Shown: positions 55,201 to 64,000 of the stretch, in pieces
Numbering within the stretch: position 1 is the stretch's first letter
Layout: each line of letters begins with the position of its first letter
Assembly (NCBI GenBank): GCA_964016885.1
Contig: OZ024740.1
Coordinates: 1,240,001 to 1,304,000 of the forward strand
Direction of reading: 5' to 3'
DNA: 64,000 bases
Source: Eledone cirrhosa
Taxonomy: Eukaryota
Notes under the pieces: generated by a model
What the model saw: the letters and a program-made list of their open reading frames with translations, nothing else
Told to the model about the DNA's origin: nothing
Database searches by the model: none
Translations under genes and position numbers: made by a program

Positions 55201-55625
55201 TGTCGAGACACTGATCCTTTAAAACCTCCACGCTTCCCGAGATTCACCAACACTACACCTAATATTCCCCCTCCATACACACGCACACATATATATCATG
55301 ACTCATACACTATTCACTTCCCTGACATTTGTATATTATTCTATGTACTATACTAGGGCGGTGGATTGGCAGTATCGGTAGAGGGTCGGACGCCATGCTT
55401 TCCAGCATAGTTACGTCCCTTTACGATCTGAGTTCAAATCCCGCCGAGGTTGACTTTGCCTTTCATCCTTACGGGGTCGATAAAATAAAGTACCAGTAAT
55501 GCACTGGGTAATTGCTGGCCTTGTGCCTAAAGTAGAAACAATTATTCTATGTACTATACATGCACCTTTGACGAGTTGTAGTGTACCTGAGCACTGTACA
55601 CAATAATTTCATTATTATTATTATC
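52250..55625 (+). mobile_element. Decayed CR1-group LINE (ORF2 about 52594-55230, (ATT)n tail); 5' boundary approximate
   Basis: LNVRSI, VTETW, YRPP, GDFNH, LDLLFT, SEHAMI; NYHPVSLTS, YLDF, YADD near 54455, RPHLEFASLVWNP, RVAEAWNKLP; several stops and frameshifts. Confidence 0.9.
55354..55540 (+). mobile_element. Full-length tRNA-type SINE with target-site duplication, nested in the CR1 3'UTR
   Basis: A-box-like TGGCAGTATCGG, B-box GAGTTCAAATC; ATTATTCTATGTACTATAC at 55335-55353 and 55541-55559. Confidence 0.92.
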
Positions 55626-56582
55626 ATCTCTTTGCGATTTGAGCGAAATGTGGCTGTTATTTCTAGCAGATTGAGCAACCACATAGAAGCTCCTCTCGTT
55701 GGCTCTACCTGTGTTTTTCTTACAAGTAACAACCAACATAAGTTCAAGCATATAATTAACTACATGAATCTGACGAGTATAGGTGATCACACTCCATCTT
55801 GCCTCTATTAAAATAATCCCATTAATCCCAGCAGTTTAAGTGGACCTACAAAGTACATGGTTGTCTTTTCCCCCGCATCCCGGCTAAATATTCTAATTAA
55901 AACTGTAGTAGCAGTTTTCAACCGACTACTCACTGCCACTCGAACATTAAATATTAAATAATATATAAATACATAAATAACATTACAAAATAACATTACA
56001 AATTGCTCGCAATTTTTTCAGAATAACATTACAAATATAATGTCGTTGATAAAGACAAATATAAACACAATTATAATTGCTAGGAACCTTACAAAAACAA
56101 CACCAAAATATATGATCAGAGCGTGAAAAAAAAAGGAAGAAGCAAAAAATAAAAACTAATTAGAAATATGTTATGCCCACTTCATTAAATTTGCTAATGT
56201 TATCTTGCCTATAACTTTGGCAGTCGACTTTTAATTGCGAGCAATTTATGTTATTTACGCATTTGTAATGTTATTTATGTATATATTTAAAACATATTTG
56301 TAATGTTATTTATACAAATAATATTTAAGATTTTATTATGAATATGGGTTACAAGAAACAAATCAATAAACGTCAGCGTGAAAAAAAAAATGGAAAAGAC
56401 ATCCACACTGCTCAATTATACCTTGCAATAGGGAATGGTGGCGTAGTCCTTATAAATTGAGGCAAACCAAAGTTTGGCTCGGAAATAACCAAACACTCTC
56501 ACGAACATAACCTGATATTTCTGTAAGACGATGACAAAGATTTGTCAGCTATCTCGAACGTCTCAGTGAAAATGAAAATGTA

Positions 56583-56643
56583 AATAATAATAATAATAAT
56601 GAAATTATTGTGTAAAGTGCTCAGGTGCACTACAACTCGTCAA
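56583..56643 (-). mobile_element. 3' tip of the same CR1-group family
   Basis: Reverse complement of about 55568-55625 (AAT repeats, GTGCTCAGGTGCACTACAACTCGTCAA). Confidence 0.8.
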
Positions 56644-57439
56644 TATATATAGTGTGTAACTGTAGTGTATTAATTAGAGTATTTCAGTACTTTATTCCAT
56701 TCGGCTGTGGATGCAATACACCAGACCTGCCAACCTCGCAAAACCCAAACGTGGAGTACCTTGAAAAAAAGTGCTCCCCAAACGGGGAGAAATGAAGCAA
56801 AATGGGGAGATTTTACCCATTTTCACAAGAGAAGACATCTCTCACCCACCCCAAAATGGATGGGAGATTACCCCGTCGGACGGGGAAAGTTGACATGTCT
56901 GATATACCCACAAACCCAGCATTTACAGAAAAAGTCTCTATATAAGTCACTATATACTAGACTTCTAGCCTCAAGACAAAAGGGTAAGTCTATTGAGCTT
57001 CTTCTCATCGACTCTTGACAATGCAATTGCCTCCAGAATTGAAGTGATATTAAATCTGGCTATGTCCCGTTAGGTTCAACTTACTGTGACGAGCGAAGCG
57101 ACCTGTATTCAGATAACGTGATAGCCCATCAAGACCTCACACTGACATTGGCCTCGATTCTGAGAGTGTCGTGATACGAATCTCTGAGTTATATAATCTC
57201 TATTGTAGTGTGTAAATGGAGGAATATGTATCTTTCTTTTTACCAATTTGAATGTACTCCAAATTCAATAATTTTAATTGTTAACATGACTATAAATAAA
57301 CAATTTTAATTCTGTATTTCATTTTCTGGTGTCAATAAATGTAAAATTTCGTATATTTAGTGGGTTTGGCGGATGTATATTTAAGTAATACCTGCCAGTG
57401 ACAAATAACCTTCTGTGGTTATGAAAACAGAAAAGAAAG

Positions 57440-58035
57440 GGAAAAACAAGGGCTCTAGGGTCACAGAAGAATAGGAGGGTGATGGGTTCTAGGCTTAGGG
57501 CGCGGTGGTATTGGTGCTGCGCCCCGCGAACAAGACCACAAAAACATTCCCGCAGACAATGATCTGCGACAGTCACCCCACCTCGCAGGGATCCTTTCCC
57601 AAACGAGCCGCTGATGTTCCGATCTTGCGAAGGAACTCGGTAGTACAAGGACCAAGTACACCTGAGATCTAGACGGTGGTCGGGCAATTATCGGTATTGG
57701 TTTATCTTCCTTTCCTCTTCATTGCAGGCCACAGTACTGGGGTTTGTGGCCGAAGCGACTAAGTTGGAGGCAGGGAACGTGTCATAACATATGGCGTCCC
57801 AGATGAGGGATGTACTAAAGGGTAATTCCATCAGGGCGCTTGCCGTCTCCGCGGTCGGGGCCTACTGGCTCCAGTTGTGATGGGAAGCCAACTGCGTCCT
57901 TGCTCCTTCTCAATATGTTGTTCAGAGCGGCATGTCGGCAGAACCGGCCTGCGCTCTGACGGCGTGACAGTGGGTGTAGGCCCAACTTGTCAACAACCGC
58001 CCCGCAACGACATTTATGTGGGGGTTTTCCGGATA
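57440..58035 (-). mobile_element. Decayed 3' end of a CRE-like (RLE-endonuclease) non-LTR retrotransposon
   Basis: CRCG...D..GLHPLS...AGRFCRHAALNNI...LEPVG.DRGDGKRPDGITL, then LIWDA.C.DTF and SGVLGP: zinc knuckle plus PD-(D/E) endonuclease motifs. Confidence 0.78.
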
Positions 58036-59732
58036 CATCAGTATATAGAATAACAACGACTTTCACTAAACTGTGCTTAACCGGTTTAATTATATTCACA
58101 CATGAGTTGTCTCCCGTATTTGCTGAAGTTATTCAGATAAAGTCACTAACATTATTATATATTTTCTACTGTGTTTTTTTAAAAATGATTCCTATATTAA
58201 ATAAGTTAAGACGAACTTCTTTTAGTAAACCAGTGATTTGAACCTTTAGAAACCAATGACATTAGTGTTCACAGATTCTTGTTATGAAAATATAATAAAA
58301 CAAAACTTAATTATTGTTTTCCACGCGGACAATTTATTATTATTTTCTAAAAATTCATTTTTTTAAGCGTGCAATCTTCTATATTTACTTCGTAATTCTC
58401 CCTTCACTCCTTTAACAACTAAAGTGCCGTCTAACGATTTACTGATGAGTACATAGTAGTCCCGAGGTATATTCTCAGTTGTCTCATACATTCCGAAATA
58501 ATTAAAACAACATCAGTGGTTGATTAGTATTGATTTTTCCACCTCTTCACATAATCAATTCTGATAGCCTTTCTAATGTTTTTTCTATTAAATGTGTTGA
58601 CATTAACTATTTATATTTTCTTTGGTTATTGTTTTTCGCGTGCAAAATTGTGTTACCGAGTTATTTAGTCTCTAACGAAGTAGTTCCCAAACTTATTTTG
58701 TCGCGGAAGCCTTATACAATTTTCTAAAAATCACATACGTATCTTTATTTTATGTACAATTTCCACCACTTCGGTTTTAATAAGACACTAAACTATACAA
58801 ACATTGTTTGAGAGAGAGAGAGAGAGGGGGGGGGGGTATATATTTCTATTAAGTCATATCAAAATACACTTTTCTCCCCCCAATGTTTTAACGGAAACTG
58901 CCCTGAACCAGGGTGTATACTAAGACCTACAACACATAGTGACTCACGAATAAAACATTGATGTGTCCCAGTATTTGCATCCGTAGATGTATGAAGACCT
59001 TGTCACGGAATTCTTATCAGTAATGTACTGGGTAATTGCTGGCCTTGTGCCTAAAGTAGAAACAATTATTTTATTTAAAAATTGCCGACATGTTCTTATA
59101 TTTTATGAAGAGCACCTGTCACTTTAATTTAGCTAAAACATTAAATGAAACTAAAATTATTTTAGAGAGAAAATTCATTCATATATACAATAAATTTCTA
59201 ATTAATTAAATTTTATTATAAAATACATTATCCCGAGAATCCCAAGATTATTTTCGCGGCGCCTTGAGGATTCCATGAAACCCACTTTGGGAAAGATTGC
59301 TCTAAATAATTCTTAGAGAGTAATGTCCCCCTAGGTGTAGAAGGTCGGGGTTTTACCATTCCTGTTTTGGTGTTTATGTTTATTACGAAAGACTGTAAAG
59401 CATGTGATAATATATACGTAACCACTTTACTACACTAAAGCTAGCAACAAACTAGTAAGTTCATTTATTTATTTACTAATATTTCTTGTTATTTATTATA
59501 CATCAGTCTCGCTTTATGTTTGTGTCTATCTTGTGTGTTTTCTGGCATTCCTTGGTGGAGGTGTCACTAACATTTTGGAAGAGTTTCTGTTGTTAATACC
59601 GGAAAGGAAGGTGCAGAAAGAAAAAGGCAACACAAATACAATTGCCTCCTTTTGTTCATTTTGGCAAACTTCCCAGAGGAGTTTCGTATTTCAATCTATT
59701 GAATATGTACAACTTTATGCCGATCGTATGTG

Positions 59733-59786
<54 letters not shown>

Positions 59787-60379
59787 TTTATATACCGATC
59801 TCTTTCAGGATGTGTACGTTTGTGTGTCTATGAAATCACACAAACATTTGACGACAATATATTACGTATCATATCGCCTCCGTATATTTAATATGAAATC
59901 ATATACGCGTAAACAAATACACTTTGGGTGACAAAATGCCCCCCCCCCCCCATATACACACACAAAAAATATTTTAGACCGTTAGTTTCAGTCTTTTATA
60001 ATTCCATCCAGTATGTTTTATAGGTGTAATCAACTCCAGTACTTTACTAGTACTTCGTCCACTCTGGAATGATAAAAGACAGAGTTGACAACGACTGTAT
60101 TTGAACTGGGAACCTAAATAGTCACAATTAAATATTGGCCGCCGCTCCTAACGTTTGTACCAACGGTTTCTGTCAGAATCTTGCAGGTTTTCCTTGGTAT
60201 TACATTCTCATAAACATATATTCGGAAGAAAATTCTCCGTTGTAGTTTATTTTTGTCACCCATGCTATTTATGGTTTGGGGAAATCCAGGAAAAACACAA
60301 CACGTTAAGTTCCACTCCAATGACTGTGTCTGTGTTATACCCATTCAAAATGAACCTGGTATTTAGTTCACTAGATAAT

Positions 60380-61326
60380 TGTTTCTACTTTAGGCACAAG
60401 GCCAGCAATTACTCAGTGTATTACTGGTACTTTATTTTATCGACCCCGTAAGGATGAAAGGCAAAGTTAACCTCGGCGGGATTTGAACTCAGATCGTAAA
60501 GGCACGTAACTATGCTGGAAAGCATGGCGTCAGACCCTCTACCAATACTGCCAATCCACCGCCCTAGCATGGAGTCCGACTCTCTTCCGATACTGCCAAT
60601 CCACCTCCCTACCATGGTGTCTGACCCTCTACCTATACTGCCAATCCACCACCCTAGCATGGTGTCAGACCCTCTACCAATACTGCCAATCCACCGCCCT
60701 AGCATGGAGTCCGACCCTCTTCCGATACTGCCAATCCACCTCCCTACCATGGTGTCAGACCCTCTACCGATACTGCCAATCCACCACCCTAGCATGGAGT
60801 CCGACCCTCTTCCGATACTGCCAATCCACCTCCCTAACATGGTGTCAGACCCTCTACCAATACTGCCAATCCACCACCCTAGCATGGTGTCAGACCCTCT
60901 ACCAATACTGCCAATCCACCACCCTAGCATGGTGTCAGACCCTCTACCGATACTGCCAATCCACCACCCTAGCATGGCGTCAGACCCTCTACCAATACTG
61001 CCAATCCACCACCCTAGCATGGCGTCAGACCCTCTACCAATACTGCCAATCCACCACCCTAGCATGGCGTCAGACCCTCTACCAATACTGCCAATCCACC
61101 ACCCTAGCATGGCGTCAGACCCTCTACCAATACTACCAATCCACCACCCTAGCATGGCGTCAGACCCTCTACCAATACTGCCAATCCACCACCCTAGCAT
61201 GGTGTCAGACCCTCTACCAATACTGCCAATCCACCACCCTAGCATGGCGTCAGACCCTCTACCAATACTGCCAATCCACCACCCTAGCATGGCGTCAGAC
61301 CCTCTACCAATACTGCCAATCCACCA
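60380..61326 (-). mobile_element. SINE whose first 45 bp are amplified to about 18 tandem copies, bounded by a 17-bp TSD
   Basis: TTAGTTCACTAGATAAT at 60363-60379 and 61327-61343; SINE body 60380-60520; 45-bp unit AGCATGGYGTCAGACCCTCTACCAATACTGCCAATCCACCACCCT over 60521-61326. Confidence 0.92.
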
Positions 61327-61570
61327 TTAGTTCACTAGATAATGACCCCAAATTATAAATGTAGATCACACATACATTTACATACAGGTGTGCATGTTAA
61401 TATACATTTACATGCAGGCGTGCATGTTAATGTGCATTTATATGCAGGCGTGCATATATACAATTTAGTCATACACTGACACGTGTACAGAAAAAATGGA
61501 TCCTCCGTCAGTTTTAATGATGAGCGCTCACTTTGTGTGAACTACTTACTCATTGTATTATTACAATCAT

Positions 61571-61700
61571 CCCGCCGAAGTTAGCTTGGCCTTTCATCCT
61601 TACAGGGTCGATAAAATAAAGTACCAGTAATGCACTGGGGTTGACTTAATTGACCCCCCCCCCCCAATTGTTAGCCATGTGCCTAAATCAGAAACCATTA
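61571..61700 (+). mobile_element. SINE fragment
   Basis: CCCGCCGAAG...GCCTTTCATCCTTACAGGGTCGATAAAATAAAGTACCAG. Confidence 0.8.
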
Positions 61701-61724
61701 TATTCTAATTGTCATCATTTGACA

Positions 61725-61835
61725 TGTGTCTGTCTGTTTGTGTGTGTCTGTCTGTCTGTGTGTGTGTCTGTGTGTCTGTGTGTCTGTATGTGTTTGTGTG
61801 TGTGTCTGTGTGTGTGTGTGTCTGTATGTGTCTGT

Positions 61836-61867
<32 letters not shown>

Positions 61868-61958
61868 CTGTATGTGTCTGTGTGTCTGTCTGTGTGTCTG
61901 TCTGTGTGTGTGTGTGTGTGTGTGTGTCTGTATGTGTCTGTGTGTGTGTGTGTCTGTG
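61725..61958. repeat. (GT)n/(GTCT)n microsatellite
   Basis: Direct reading. Confidence 0.95.
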
Positions 61959-62106
61959 TTGAACCTTCGTTTGTTGAGATGAGTGTTTCATTTGTTCAAA
62001 CAATGGAACAAGACTGCTTTTGAAATTAACATGCAAGTGGCTGAGCTTTCCATTTGCATATGTTCCCTTAATGTAATACTCAGGGAGATTCAGTTTGACA
62101 CAGAAT

Positions 62107-64000
62107 GAGGTCGTACCAAAGGACTGGCGTAGCAGCATCATCATTAACTGCTACCAGGGTAAAGGAGATGCTCTAGATAGGGGAAACTATAGAAGCATTA
62201 AATTAATTGACCAGGTCATGAAGGTCACAGAAAAAGTGATAGCGCAACTAATGAGAGAGCGAATTGATCTAGATGAAATGCAGTTCGGGTTTGTGTCAGA
62301 TAAAAGAACCACAGACGCTCTTTTCATTGTACGACAACTACAGGAGAAGTACCTAGCTAAAAGTAAACCCCTCTACTTAGCTTTTGTAGACCTGGAGAAA
62401 GTCTTTGACAGAGTCCCACGCCCCATTATCTGGTGGGCTCTCAGAAAACTAGGTGTAGATGAATGGCTTGTGAGGGCTATACAAGCCATGTATAAAGAAA
62501 CAGTCAGCAAGGTTAGAATTAACAATGAATATAGTGAAGAGTTTAGCGTAAAAGTTGGTGTTCATTAGGGCTCCGTCCTTTGCCCCCTCCTATTTATTAT
62601 CGCCCTCCAGGCTATAACAGAAGAGTTCAAGACCGGCTGCGCATGGGAACTTCTATACACAGACGATCTAACGCTCATAGCCGAATCAATGGCTGAACTA
62701 GAGAAGTATTTCCAAACATGGAAGCACGGCCTAGAATCAAAAGGCCTTAAAGTTAACTTGTCTAAGACTAAAGTCCTAATATGTAGGAAGGAGAATAGGG
62801 CACTGGTCCCATCTGGGAAATGGCCATGCTCAGTGTGTAGGAAAAGAGTAGGCAGAAACTCCATTTTATGTCCCAAATGCAAAGTATGGGTGCATAAAAG
62901 ATGTAGTGGGATGACAGGTAAGCTAACTAAGAATATAGATTTTATATGTGGCCGGTGCTCTGGTGCAATAAGTAGCAGCAAGTGCCCACAGAATACTAGC
63001 TCATTCCATTGCACAGATGGTTCTATAGAAATAGTGGACACCTTCCGTTACCTGGGTGACAAAATCAGCAGTGGTGGAGGGTGCTCTGAAAGTACAGTAG
63101 CTAGAGTCAGAACGGGATGGAAAAAGTTCAGAGAGCTTATGCCACAATTGGCCGCTAAAGGTTTCTCTAAAAATGAAAGGCAGGCTGTATGATGCCTGCA
63201 TACGAACAGCAATGTTACATGGCAATGAGACTTGGGCATTGTGTGCAGAGGATCTACGCAGACTGGAGAGGAACGAAGCCTGCATGCTCCGCTGGGTGTG
63301 TAATAGTAATATACGTGAACGGCAAAGCATAAATGAACTAAGTGAGAAATTAGGAATAAGAGGGATCAGATGCTGTTTACTCGAGAGAAGACTATGTTGG
63401 TATGGTCACGTGATGCGCATGAAAGATGACAGCTGAATAAAAAAGTGCAAGGCTATCAAAATAGATGGAAGCTACGGAGTAGGCAGACCCAGAAAAACCT
63501 GGGACGACTTGATAAAATCCGACCTCACACACTTACACCTCTCCAAGACAATGTCACTGGATCGAGATCCTTGGCGCTACGTAGTAATACAGAAGACCCG
63601 CCTTGCCTAAGTACAAAGCGAAACCTACAGTCAGTAGGCAACCCTTAACCAAAATACACCCCGTCCCACTACCCCTACTCCCACCGCCATCTACACCACC
63701 CCTTTCGATGTAAAGTTATGTTGGTGCCACAACATCCAGGCCGAAACAAATGAGGTCGTGTAGGTGTCACGACAAAAAAAACACACAGTCCACGCTGTAA
63801 TGTGGCCGTGTAGGTAACACGGTAAAAACCTCCCAGTCCACACGGTAAATGTGGTTGGTGTTAGGAAGGGCATCCAACTGTAGAAAACCTGCCAGACAGT
63901 CCTATACGAGCAAGACGACCAATCTTGCCTCAAGTGGGACAATTCCCGTCCAGACCCATCCTAGCGTGGAAAATGGACGTTAAACGATGATGATGATGAT
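62107..64000 (+). mobile_element. RTE family B, 5'-truncated pseudogene copy with complete 3'UTR
   Basis: VPKDWRSSIIINCY...FVDLEKVFD...CSVC...GRPRKTW with stops and a frameshift; (GAT)n tail at the window end. Confidence 0.93.

Noticed and set aside
60421-61330. 289-aa and 272-aa repetitive ORFs (also 31283-32241)
   Set aside because: Open only because the 45-bp and 48-bp units are multiples of three; they derive from SINE or 3'UTR sequence.

Overview
Eukaryotic, gene-poor, repeat-saturated DNA. The SINE types, RTE/CR1 LINEs and very long (AT)n tracts suggest a coleoid cephalopod such as an octopus (inference). No host protein-coding gene is recognisable. The standout feature is 1-4450: an array of apparently identical 311-bp units, each carrying a type I hammerhead ribozyme. 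The array flips orientation at a hairpin and ends in (AT)n, as expected for a 'retrozyme' copied from a circular RNA. Nearby are two families of Penelope-like (Naiad-type GIY-YIG) elements that also carry hammerhead motifs, sit in (AT)n and share an inverted-5'-arm layout with an exact 56-nt end offset. They are candidate autonomous partners. A fourth, unrelated hammerhead lies at about 30020. The stretch 4.45-27 kb is a pile-up of RTE, CR1-group, Penelope-like and SINE insertions separated by (AT)n, including one intact RTE ORF with a PHD-type finger inside its RT domain. The rest holds a 12.4-kb 43-bp minisatellite with higher-order blocks, a 50-bp minisatellite, minisatellites born from a SINE head and from an RTE 3'UTR, and decayed CR1, CRE-like and RTE copies.
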